In this document: positions 15,001 through 24,632 of the stretch, piece after piece
How positions within the stretch are numbered: position 1 is the stretch's first letter
How the letters are laid out: each line of letters starts with the position of its first letter
NCBI GenBank assembly: GCA_037379345.1
Contig: CM074512.1
Span: 34,348,001 to 34,412,000, forward strand
Direction: 5' to 3'
Source: Perna viridis
Taxonomy: Eukaryota
DNA: 64,000 bases
Notes under the pieces: generated by a model
The model's database searches: none
Told to the model about the DNA's origin: nothing
Seen by the model: only the letters and a program-made list of their open reading frames with translations
Translations under genes and position numbers: made by a program

Positions 15001-17806
15001 ACAGTTATTGACAAATATGATATGTTAACAACAGATGATAGTTAAATCTGAACATTGTTTTAGCTGCAGAAAACTCCAGTCAGTCAGGGCTAACGGTCTT
15101 TTTCATGAAGAAAATTTGGGTTGATGCTGTACCTGGTGAGGAATTTCTTGCTGATATTCAATTTCATTTCCCTCAGGTTTGTTTTTCATAACTTGATAGT
15201 GTATTTTTGTCGTTTGTGATATCAGTAATCTTATGACGTGTTGTTTTTTCCACTAGTTGGTAATTTGGTTCAATTTATGGTGTGAATTGTATGCAATACT
15301 TTTGTTGCTTTATTTTCAAAATGTGCATTTAATGCTTGTAACCTAGTTTTTTAATACCTTTTTTAGTAATGAAAGTGTAAAGCTAAGACAAGAGTAAGAA
15401 TATAAAATATATTTTCATTCATAGGTAAACATCAAGCAATAAAAGTTCTTCTTTAATACTAAAATTTCAAAGTTGACATGATCTCTCAATTTATATTAGG
15501 AAGTGCCAAACTACCTTCGTGGTTACCATAAATGTAAACTAGAAGAGACTGTACAGTTATCAGCATTGTTATATGTAGCACAGTGTGGAAAGGACATGTC
15601 GCGGTTGCAGAAATTACAGTTAGTGTATATAATTGTTGAACTGAAATTTTTGCAGTGATCAATTTGGAATCGTGATTTCGTGGGTCAGTGGCCCTCAAGT
15701 TTTATCAACAATGTGTCTGCTATAGAAATCTTTCCATTTTTATATGGACATTGACACTTGCCCCCTGATATCCTCCAAGATCCGTATTGATTACTGAGTG
15801 TTTATGTACATTTCATTATCAAAATTAATCTTTGTTTTTTGTATCTTGTTTTTTTTTTGGGGGGAGGGGGGTTATTAAAACGACAATGTACTCGAAAATA
15901 ATAAGGATGTAGAAAAAATAAAGTTATCATTAATTTAATTACCAATAAAAACAATGTTTACCGTGTTGTATTTTTTAATAAGAAAACTACTTTTAAACGT
16001 TAAATTAATTGCAATGCCAGTTTTTGTTACATATTCATATGAAATGTAGATTTGACATATACTTACTTTTTTAGACAAGATCCATCCTTTTTGATTCCTG
16101 CGACTCTTTGTAAGGAAAAACAAAACAGCGAATGGTTTGCTGTAAGTATCTATCAACAAGGACACAGGAAGAATTGCATTATTTACTTACACATCATACA
16201 TAAATGGAATATTTTTTTAATTAAACATTTTAAATTAATATTGATCTATTGATGGCTTATTAACCAGGAGAGGTGATAAAGACACACTTTGAATATGTGA
16301 TTTGCAAAATCTAGTATTCCTAACATCATATTGTTTACAAAAATTTCTATCGAGATAATGCGTCATTCAATATAACTTTTAATAAAATTACTCTTTCAAA
16401 TACATTTGTATTGCAGATGATAGAAAGTTGCCTAACCAAATATAAGTCATTAGAACAGGATGATGCTAAAATAGAATTCCTTAAACTGCTGAGTGCGTTG
16501 CCGACTTATGGATCTGTTTTCTTTGAAGTCAAGGTTTGTTTGGGATATATATTTATAACTATACAAGTAGATAGTTTCAACTCTTTAGTCAAATAAAGTT
16601 TCTCTTTGAATACTACTATTGATGATGTATAATTGTATAAAACAGATTGTATAAGTTTTACTTCGAATTGAATTTTGAGAGCCTTCAGGAATAGCGAGTT
16701 TGGGCGGGAAAGGGTGCGGAAATATTTTTTCCTTAATGATTATTCACGTAATATACTTTATTTGTAGCAACGAAGTGTGAAAACGTATCCAAAACACATA
16801 TTGCTTGCTGTGAATAAAGACGGGGTTATCTTTCTTGATGCAAGTAACAAGGTAAGTAATTGTATCACACTATCAACTATTCCTTCTATTACTGATGTAT
16901 TCAACAATATTCAGATGCAAAATGATTTTTTTTACATATATTCACGTAATTGATGATTACATTTTATTAATGATCATTGGCTTTGAAATTATTTTAAAAA
17001 AATTTAAGGTCATTATATATGTAATAAAATAATCAAAATTATCTGTTGTTTACAGGGTATTCTTGCAAGATACGGGTATAACAAAATACCAAACTGGGCT
17101 TATGATGAAAACTCCTTCACCCTGGTTGTAGGTGAATCATCAGCAGCTGTCAAAATTTATATGGAAACAAACGTGGTAAGTTTAGCTGACAAACAACTTA
17201 ATTATTCATGATGTTATTTTATATTCACGGGTACAAACTTGTCATACCTAATTAAATTTTATGCAATTAATTTGTATCGACCTCGTTTTATTTTATTCAC
17301 TAAAACTATATAAGAAATCGGACTTCGATCCGTTTACAGTTTATCACACTCTTGACTTCATATGACTTATTCAAATTAATTAATAAACACAATTTCCTCA
17401 TCCGCTCAAATTATATGTCATCTTCGATTACTTATGTATTAATTTTGTTTCCTCAATTCTACACTTTCTAATATGTACACGTTCATTATTACTTTCTTCT
17501 GTTTGATTTTTTAATCATTCCTACAACATCATTGCATTATATTCTAATAGAATACATGTAGTCAGTAAGTATATCATTTTGGTTGGTTTTGTATTGTATC
17601 TTGAAGTTATTAAAGATTAAAATGCGCATTTGACTTTGTAAACTCCAATAAAAGTAAATATTAATTGACAGTAAATTTTTTATATATTTTTCAAGGGACA
17701 TAATTTAGATGATATAGTTATGTGCTATGTTGCTTGGATGATGAACAAACATATAAAGAAACGCCCCAGTGCTGCCGGAGTGACTGTCGGAGAATCAACT
17801 TGCTGA
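1..17806 (+). CDS. MYO7A: Unconventional myosin VII-like (MyTH4-FERM-SH3-MyTH4-FERM tail), 3' part; motor/IQ region lies upstream of the window
   Basis: Exons 1-59, 449-544, 704-822, 1445-1562, 1984-2112, 2627-2800, 4846-5073, 5494-5906, 6272-6423, 7601-7782, 8136-8242, 8492-8658, 9391-9485, 9763-9824, 10212-10364, 11578-11683, 11960-12074, 14054-14137, 15064-15176, 15500-15618, 16075-16141, 16417-16533, 16768-16851, 17056-17175, 17696-17806 join in one open frame to TGA 17804-17806. Myosin-VII motifs: [85 protein letters not shown]. The symbol marks the family; this may be a divergent paralog. Confidence 0.93.
449..544 (+). CDS. myosin VII-like exon
   Basis: [32 protein letters not shown]; AG/GTAAGT, phase 0-0. 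Confidence 0.8.
704..822 (+). CDS. myosin VII-like exon (MyTH4-1)
   Basis: FKDPAHSG...[18 protein letters not shown](R); CAG/GT. Confidence 0.88.
1445..1562 (+). CDS. myosin VII-like exon (MyTH4-1 core)
   Basis: [40 protein letters not shown]. Confidence 0.93.
1984..2112 (+). CDS. myosin VII-like exon (end of MyTH4-1)
   Basis: [10 protein letters not shown]...[19 protein letters not shown]. Confidence 0.92.
2627..2800 (+). CDS. myosin VII-like exon (FERM-1 F1 lobe)
   Basis: [15 protein letters not shown]...[10 protein letters not shown]...[11 protein letters not shown]. Confidence 0.92.
3272..3466. repeat. 47-bp tandem repeat, 4 copies (intronic)
   Basis: Unit ttacaatgaaacacactaggacatgtacaagtacacataatggcaat starts at 3272, 3319, 3366 and 3413. 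Confidence 0.95.
4617..4715 (-). mobile_element. second, inverted and internally deleted copy of the hammerhead-bearing repeat
   Basis: Reverse complement matches ~7220-7310; keeps CTGATGA but has lost stem II and GAAA. Confidence 0.6.
4846..5073 (+). CDS. myosin VII-like exon (FERM-1)
   Basis: [20 protein letters not shown]...[14 protein letters not shown]...GEYKCDK. Confidence 0.93.
5494..5906 (+). CDS. myosin VII-like exon (FERM-1 F2/F3)
   Basis: [13 protein letters not shown]...[16 protein letters not shown]...[10 protein letters not shown](R). Confidence 0.93.
6272..6423 (+). CDS. myosin VII-like exon (end of FERM-1, start of SH3)
   Basis: [15 protein letters not shown]...[18 protein letters not shown]. 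Confidence 0.9.
7200..7380 (+). mobile_element. Penelope-like repeat fragment with a degenerate minimal type-I hammerhead (7259-7302)
   Basis: ATGCTG-CTAATGA-G-AGGG/CCCT-GAAA-TACGTA-TA-CAGCAT; a second inverted copy lies at ~4617-4715. Confidence 0.6.
7601..7782 (+). CDS. myosin VII-like exon (SH3)
   Basis: [16 protein letters not shown]...[14 protein letters not shown]; NAGNAG acceptor (7601 or 7604). Confidence 0.9.
8136..8242 (+). CDS. myosin VII-like exon
   Basis: [10 protein letters not shown]...[11 protein letters not shown](R). Confidence 0.88.
8492..8658 (+). CDS. myosin VII-like exon (start of MyTH4-2), ends at a U12 donor
   Basis: PSSDNTVTK...[14 protein letters not shown]...CRCFL; followed by ATATCCTT. 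Confidence 0.88.
8659..9390 (+). other. U12-type (minor spliceosome) AT-AC intron
   Basis: 5' ATATCCTTTT, branch CCCTTAAC at 9375-9382, 3' CAC. Removing it restores FLAIQQYMGD, matching the MyTH4 motif F..I.KYMGD. Confidence 0.9.
9391..9485 (+). CDS. myosin VII-like exon (MyTH4-2)
   Basis: [32 protein letters not shown]; donor GTATGT. Confidence 0.85.
9763..9824 (+). CDS. myosin VII-like exon (MyTH4-2)
   Basis: [20 protein letters not shown](K). Confidence 0.9.
10212..10364 (+). CDS. myosin VII-like exon (MyTH4-2)
   Basis: [20 protein letters not shown]...[15 protein letters not shown](E). Confidence 0.9.
10939..10959 (+). CDS. candidate optional 21-nt micro-exon of the myosin gene
   Basis: ttag|ATACGGGTTACGCAAATCACG|gtaagt; phase 2-2; adds YGLRKSR in frame. 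Confidence 0.5.
11578..11683 (+). CDS. myosin VII-like exon (MyTH4-2/FERM-2)
   Basis: [16 protein letters not shown]...[11 protein letters not shown]. Confidence 0.9.
11960..12074 (+). CDS. myosin VII-like exon (FERM-2)
   Basis: [23 protein letters not shown]...[10 protein letters not shown]. Confidence 0.87.
14054..14137 (+). CDS. myosin VII-like exon (FERM-2)
   Basis: [28 protein letters not shown]. Confidence 0.85.
15064..15176 (+). CDS. myosin VII-like exon (FERM-2)
   Basis: ...[29 protein letters not shown]; an alternative in-frame acceptor gives start 15070. Confidence 0.9.
15500..15618 (+). CDS. myosin VII-like exon (FERM-2)
   Basis: [25 protein letters not shown]... Confidence 0.92.
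16075..16141 (+). CDS. myosin VII-like exon
   Basis: [22 protein letters not shown]. Confidence 0.85.
16417..16533 (+). CDS. myosin VII-like exon (FERM-2)
   Basis: MIESCL...[24 protein letters not shown]. Confidence 0.92.
16768..16851 (+). CDS. myosin VII-like exon (FERM-2 F3)
   Basis: [28 protein letters not shown]. Confidence 0.92.
17056..17175 (+). CDS. myosin VII-like exon (FERM-2 F3)
   Basis: [26 protein letters not shown]...KIYMETNV. Confidence 0.9.
17696..17806 (+). CDS. myosin VII-like terminal coding exon
   Basis: [36 protein letters not shown]. Confidence 0.92.
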   Translation, partial: GHNLDDIVMCYVAWMMNKHIKKRPSAAGVTVGESTC

Positions 17807-19809
17807 TAAAACTACTAATATTTAAATCTGTGAAAGTTATAGATATACCATTTACACATTGAAACTGTTATGTTTTTTTTTATATTTAGATATTTTACAC
17901 ATAACTTGGATAATGCCTGTAGATATAAGACAGATATTTTTCAACACAAATTGATGTTGCTTTATAGAAATTGTTCTTTACGCTGGAGTTCGCAACAAAA
18001 ACAGTATGTTATAGCATTAACAACACATATATGTATGATAAGATGCAGTTAATTTCATGGTTCTCATGCTTTTGCTCTATAAGTCACATAGGTTACATTT
18101 TTTTATTACCCTAAGTAATGTACAAGTTTTATCCAGGTACAAATGAAGCATAACGTTTGTGTTTTTTATTCATATGCGGATCATATTGATGCGTCCATAA
18201 AACTGGATGAAGAAGGGTCTGAGAACCAAAAAAATTTAAGCTGACCTTAAGTAATACACGTACTTTGGAACATTTTCTTTATTTTGAACTCGAGTAACTG
18301 TGAACATAATTAACCTTTGAATTGTAATCGAAATTTAGTAAAACAAACTTTAACATCTCATAGTTTTAAACTAAGAGGACCACTTCAGCATTTTGGTAAT
18401 TAGTAAATTCTTTCTCGTCAAGATAAATGTAATAACAACAACTAATCATGTGATTCGTAATAACCTTTTTTATAACTTGATAATTTTTATATGTATACCT
18501 AAATTTTGTGCTTAACAGTATTCTAAATGACCGTGTTTTCACAGATGGGATAAAGATATGCATTTAGATTTTTATCTTTTACATTGTCCTGTTGTGTGCA
18601 ACCAAAATCGAAATTGATATACATAGCACAAAACGATATCGACATACATTTCTTGCTAGCTTACATACAATGGCTACACTAAATGCTTGTAGTTGGATAT
18701 GAAATTCATAATTTTTTTTTAATTCATATGCAGATGAAAAAAAAAGTTTCGTTGACAGATGTTGTTAGTATGTGAATGGTCAGTACACTGTTATGCCCAT
18801 TACGGCGATGCTTCGCCTTGTCTTACTGCACATTTTTGGCTACAATTTACATCAAATGTTCTCCTTGTCATCAAACAAAATCGCGTTATACAGACACCTT
18901 ATCAATTGCTTGAATTCTGTGTGTGTTACAATATTTTCCTTATTTATTTTTGGCAGTATAGTCAGCCAGTTATGTGTTCATATGGGAAACGTAAATGATC
19001 GAAAGAAAAATGCTTTAATGTTTTAATTGTGATATCATTTATATATAAAGAATTAAACTTATACTTTAACCAAATTGACTTCAGTTTTTATTTTTAAAGT
19101 GCTTTGTATGTATGTAATTAACTTCAGTAGGCATACATGTAATGTAATTTTCATTCACATCCCATAATAACCACCGAAACACCTTTATTATACCGAGACT
19201 TGATGGTTAATATTGTGTGCGACGGTGTTGTAAGAAACGATATAGAAAAGCTCAAATAACTTCCGACTAGATGTATTTTAATGAAATAATTTTGGATTTG
19301 ATGCGGATTTGTTTTGAGGGGATGTGGCTGTTATGGATACTTGACGTATTCTAAATGTATTTTGATGGTACATGTAACATTTACAGTATATATGCATGCA
19401 GATCATAACACGTCCTGATTGGTGTTTTGTTTTTCTTGTTTCCGGATTGACATGACATCTAAAAAATATTGTAGCTCTATAAGGACTTTGTCTACACACA
19501 GGATAATTACAGCCCTAAGATGCATATACAATTTGAACCAATCATAATTTTGAAAATATGTCAAAATAAAAACAAGTACAAGAAAGCATTATTTTACAAG
19601 GGTGCTTCACCACCGACAACAACAAAAACAAAACCGCTCTAATAAGGAAATGCAGATATGAGGAAGTGGAAACATCAGCATTTACTGATTATTATAGAGT
19701 TACACCTACTCAAAGGAACTCAAAAGAACACACAGAAACGAGCAACGATAACCCTACTAAGTCAACTGACAGGACAACACTCTCACATTGTTGTATTCTT
19801 TTAAAGTTA

Positions 19810-19902
19810 GGGATTTAGACAGTCTGTGGTTCGACCCTGGGGATTTAGACAGTCTGTGGTCCGGCCCTGGGGATTTAGACAGTCTGTGGTTCGGCCCTGG
19901 GG
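19810..19902. repeat. 30-bp tandem repeat, 3 copies
   Basis: gggatttagacagtctgtggt(t/c)cg(a/g)ccctg x3. Confidence 0.95.
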
Positions 19903-20009
19903 AACCGTTTTTGCTTGTTAAAACATCTTCAGAGTCGCAAATGATATGGTTTGCTATATTTGTGCCAGAATGATGTTTAGTTCTCGTTACTACACAATGG
20001 TGAATGATA

Positions 20010-20093
20010 CTAGACGCAGTGAACAACCACTATAGGTACAAGACATAGAGAACAACCTCTATAGGTACTAGACACAATGAACAACCTCTATAG
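20010..20093. repeat. ~29-bp degenerate tandem repeat, 3 copies
   Basis: agac....gaacaacc(a/t)ctataggtac units. Confidence 0.75.
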
Positions 20094-20980
20094 TTGGCTA
20101 TAAAGATTCCATTTGGTTTTATCTTTACATCAAGAAGTTTTTGCCATGTGTGTAATTGAAAGATCTGCTAAATTTGCCACAACTTCAACTAAAGTCCTTG
20201 TATACATCTCATTGTCATTATATCAGATTATCAATAATTGTAACTATTTATTTAATAATAAAGTTTAATCATAATTTGAAATCCTCAATTAAAACCCGCC
20301 GTACAAACTCTATTAGTAATAATTATGTAAATGACACCGACTAAATTAACTAAACTTATTGTTTCCTATCTTGTAACTCAGTAAGTTCTTTGTTCTTGTA
20401 ATGTTTAAATACAAATCAAAATTCCACACCGAACCCCCTCGCTGTAAATGATCCGTCACCGTCGGTTCATTAGGCAAATCAGATAGTCCATTGTACTTGT
20501 AAAACAGAAGCTTTCTACTAGGTATAGGGTAAAGAAGCAAATTGTTTAATACGTAAGTACGAAGTTTATTCATTTCCTTCGAAAGTTTTCTCTTTTTCTG
20601 TTTCCTGTTTTGTTCGTTCTTCTTTACAGAGAACTTTCATATATATTTATTATTTTCTATTTCATTTAATCCTTTAATATTTATTGTTTTGTAGAAATAA
20701 TTTTGGTAGGGGCAAAATATACAAATCTTCGCCCATTGACTCTAAATATTTTTTTCTTAAAGCTGAACTACAATCTACTGGTGTATGAATGTTGATGCGG
20801 TGCCCTATACTTTACCGTGTTTGATCCAGTAGGGGTCTGAGAGTTTGCGGAGAGTTGAATCATTTCATAATTTTAGTAATTGGTTTTGCCATATATTGAC
20901 ATTTTGAAAGACTTTCTCGAATTATTTTGTCTGTAGTATAGCAACTTGCGAATTATATTGTTCCTTTTTACATCAGGATA

Positions 20981-21901
20981 ATGTCGACAAAGTCCGGGGC
21001 AACTGTTGCCTTTGTCACACAACAGTCACAGTCAGAATCCGGAGAAAAGGGGGTAGAAGCCAAAGAGAAAGAAAAGGAGGTCAAACCTGTTATCAACACA
21101 ACACCTGAAAAAAATATCCAGCTCCATCCATGGCGAAAATTTAAATCTGCAAATATTGACGCCTCTTCAAGGCCATTGGTACAAAATGGAGACATTAACA
21201 TGAAAAAATGCCTCAATCTGCCGAACGGTAACATGATATTTTCTGAACCAAGTCATAAACTCATAGACATTTATGATCAGGAGGGCTCGTATCACAATAG
21301 GCTCTACCTCTCAGGAAGACCTTTTGATATAGCTGTTATCTCAAATAGATTTATAGCTATCAGCTACGGGGAAAACCAATATGTGGAAGTGTTGGATCTT
21401 AAAACAGACAGTGTTGTCAAAACATTCAACTGGGAAATTAACTGCTTAGGGATAGCCGTTCAGTCAAATTGTCTTTATGTCGTACTGGAGGGAAGTGGAA
21501 TTATCGTTCTTGATCACGTGACAGGAGAAACCGTAAGGACTATTCCGATAAAACTAAGTCATAAAACGTTTCTTGTAGTAACAGAGGAAAGCATCATTTA
21601 CACAAACTGGGTCTATAACACTGTTTATTGTTTAGATCTGGAAGGAAATGAAAAATGGATATTCAAAAAAGTCAAACTTAACCGTCCGATCGGTATTACA
21701 GTGACACAAGAAGGGGAATTGTTTGTTGCAGGAAATCTTTCAGGAAATATATATTACATCACTGCAGACGGATTGAAGTTCACGGAACTTATAAAGGACA
21801 AAAATATAATTGATATCGACTTCGATGAGAAAACAAATCGTCTCCTAACCTTTAAAGCTGATGGATCTGCTTTCAAATATTTCGTAGAATATGGAAATTA
21901 A
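20981..21901 (+). CDS. NHL-repeat/six-bladed beta-propeller protein resembling the C-terminal domain of bivalve TRIM-like B-box proteins, 306 aa
   Basis: Intact single-exon ORF with blade motifs PFDIAV, CLGIAV, IIYTNW..NTVYCLDLEGNEKWIF, LNRPIGITVTQEGELFVAG. Probable 5'UTR intron 20553-20976 (GTAAGT...CAG). Confidence 0.85.
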   Translation: MSTKSGATVAFVTQQSQSESGEKGVEAKEKEKEVKPVINTTPEKNIQLHPWRKFKSANIDASSRPLVQNGDINMKKCLNLPNGNMIFSEPSHKLIDIYDQEGSYHNRLYLSGRPFDIAVISNRFIAISYGENQYVEVLDLKTDSVVKTFNWEINCLGIAVQSNCLYVVLEGSGIIVLDHVTGETVRTIPIKLSHKTFLVVTEESIIYTNWVYNTVYCLDLEGNEKWIFKKVKLNRPIGITVTQEGELFVAGNLSGNIYYITADGLKFTELIKDKNIIDIDFDEKTNRLLTFKADGSAFKYFVEYGN

Positions 21902-22299
21902 ACTACCTGAAAAGTATCGTTAAAATGATTTTTCTAGGAAAATGTACCCAAACAAAACTGACCATAAAGAAGTTTTATATTCTGATGCTAACTTGGGCCT
22001 GTAAATGCATGTTTTGCATGTAAGACCGTGACCTGTAGAAGTTGAATTGTTCGTTGCATGACTTATGGTGGCAATCATATTACACCTCCTGTTTTTTTTT
22101 TATATTTATGACATTCAGCTCTTCATAACATGTAGGTAAAAACATAAAGACAATACATAGAGCCTGTTTGAAGAAAAAGACAATACATAGAGCCTGAGAA
22201 AAAAACGTATAGCTTGTTGTCTTCTCTCCTATTTGTTAAAGTGTTTGAATTCTTTATCGATCTCAAGAGTTCAATCCAAATTCGACAGATTTTTATAGT

Positions 22300-23130
22300 T
22301 CGTTTTATTGTTGTAGTTTCTCACCACTGTCTCAGGTCAGGGAAAGGTTGAACGCTCACAAACATGTTTAAACCCGCCACATACTTTATGCGCCTGTCCC
22401 AAGCCAGGAACCTATAGACTAGTGGGTGTCGTAGTTATTAGTTTTACGTTGTTTTCTATAGATTAGATCGATTTCCGTCTTCTATAAATAGTTTTACATC
22501 ATTCATTTTGGAGCCTTTTACAGCTTGCTTTATTGTATGGGTTTTGCCCATCATTTAAGACCGTGTGGTGGTGACCTGTAGGTACCAGTATCGTATTGCA
22601 TATCCCTGAGCGAGTGTACGTCAAAACATGGATGCCATAAAAATATAGTGCATTTTCTTTTTGCCTCTCTACAAACTAATGTTTTGTCAAAAGACATGAA
22701 CAATGACTTAAAAAATAGAGCAAACATCACACTGTAAGATGAAGAACTTTTTTAAAAGAAAATCTAACATAATATCATAAAAATGTTCCACTGAAAAGGT
22801 TGGTTAGGTGAGTGCAAAACGAAAGTGAAAGTAGGGAAAATGGCTATTTATAGTTCAAGACTACTTTTCTGTCCAATCTTCGTGGACTCACCCTATTTTC
22901 TTTGCAGGAAATTATTTTTTCACATGTCCTTAGAAATGCTACATAAGTGAAAGTTTTATTGAATCAATTTACATATTTTTTTAAAAAATCCTAAAAATAT
23001 GCACTTCACTATAGAAGTCTATGGGAAAATCAATACGATACTGAAACCTTGTAGATGTTTAATTGATCGTTGCTTGGCTTTTGGTGGATGACTGTCTCAT
23101 TGGCAATCATACCATATCTACTATTTTTAT
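22300..23130 (+). mobile_element. bivalve-type dispersed repeat interrupted by a nested MITE
   Basis: Left part (...gcctgtcccaagccaggaacc...gtgacctgt) and right part (agatgttttaatt...tctcattggcaatcataccat) rejoin once 22580-23052 is removed. Partial related copy at ~22020-22100. Confidence 0.6.
22580..23049. mobile_element. MITE, 470 bp, 19-bp TIRs, 3-bp TSD (TGT)
   Basis: AGGTACCAGTATCGTATTG ... CAATACGATACTGAAACCT (17/19 complementary), flanked by TGT at 22577-22579 and 23050-23052. Confidence 0.8.
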
Positions 23131-24415
23131 ACAGTTTTCAAAATTATGGGTGAACAATCAATAGTTGAATATTTCGAAGCCTCTATTTGGAAAAGTTTCT
23201 CTGTATGATTTATGAAGACAAAATATACTTGAATTATTCTCTCATCATGTTAATCAAAGAGGGAAACGGCTGTAAGATAAAAATATAACATGTAACTAAG
23301 ATATATTTCTTATTCAGACGTCCTCTTTATCTCGACGGTCAATATTTGTGCTTTGCTTCGCTTTTTCCTCTAGTGCTTCCTCTTTTGTAAACTCAGTCCA
23401 AGTATTAAGACTTTTTATTTCACGTTAACTATATTGACGACTATTCCAAGCGAATTAAAAATAAAAAAAAGTTATTTCAGGCTGAATATCTGCCTTTTGT
23501 ACTATGTCCTTGGTAGAAGAAATTGATTTTTTCAGTTTTTTTTTCGGTTCACTGTAAAGTGTAAGAAGACACGACTTAGGATGTACTGGAGGAAAGAGCT
23601 ACTTAAAGTCCTTCAAAAATCCGTTATCTTACGCTCAACATTAAGATTTTTGTACTAATGTTGTCAAGAACCCCTGGTTACTCAGAGTGATTCGTTGTCC
23701 TAATTTATTGCTCTTTTTACAGATAACAACTCTCATACTTCAGTTCTACACTGATTAAAACCGTTTTAAACACATACACGTGTTTATCCAGTCGTAATAT
23801 TTTGTCATCAACATGCTCTTCTGTATGCTTTGGCATTCTAATTTGACCAAAATTATAAGAATTTCTATAAATTACATAATTTGTTCTGCTCATTTTTAGT
23901 ACTGTGTATTTTAGCTCGTAGTCATTCATTGCGACTACTTAGCTGATTTTTTTTTGTGTCAACGGTTGCGTATTGTCAACATTGTTTGAAACTTTCAATT
24001 GGTATTTTAACGGATGTGAGTTTGTTTGAAAATCTTGGTTACAAATAAAATTTCTTGTTTAATTGTTATAATGACTACAATTTAACATTACACGAACATT
24101 TCTGTAATAAATCTATCGGTCAGACTTTTCTAATTGGTAAAAGTATGGATATACCGTTACGCTGATCTTGACCCTTTCGATCCATACCTGATTAATTATC
24201 ATGCTTGTAAAAACAAGCGAAAATTAGAATTCAAAAATATGCCGCAGCCCTTTTTTTTTATAAAAATCCCAAAATAATGAAAAATATAGAAAAAACAAAA
24301 CATATAAATAATGACAACTTGAAGGTTTTATTTTAATGAGAACAGAAATGACTAAGACAAATACCGAGATTTGAAATTTCTAAAATTACGACTCTTATAG
24401 GGGACGGAAATGCCT

Positions 24416-24632
24416 TTAATTGCCTCGGATATTGTCAATAGTGTCTGAAACTCTTTCTCTTGCTCCATCTAAGGCTTCACCACCAAATTCAGACACCCTG
24501 TCCCTAGCATTGCTGAGTTTGTCACTTATATCATCTCCAAGATTATTCAGATGCTCTCCCAAATTATCAAGATGTCCTCTTACTTTAGAAGCAGCATTAT
24601 CTAAATGGTTTCCAACCTCATCAGCAGCGTTT
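24416..24632 (-). CDS. secreted peptide coding exon 3
   Basis: NAADEVGNHLDNAAS...IDNIRGN*; polypyrimidine tract + CAG. Confidence 0.88.

Noticed and set aside
19757-20026. ORFs with repeated DLDSLWFGPG / SPGPDHRLSK, and a CRISPR-like appearance
   Set aside because: Translation of a 30-bp tandem repeat. There are no unique spacers or cas genes, and the context is eukaryotic.
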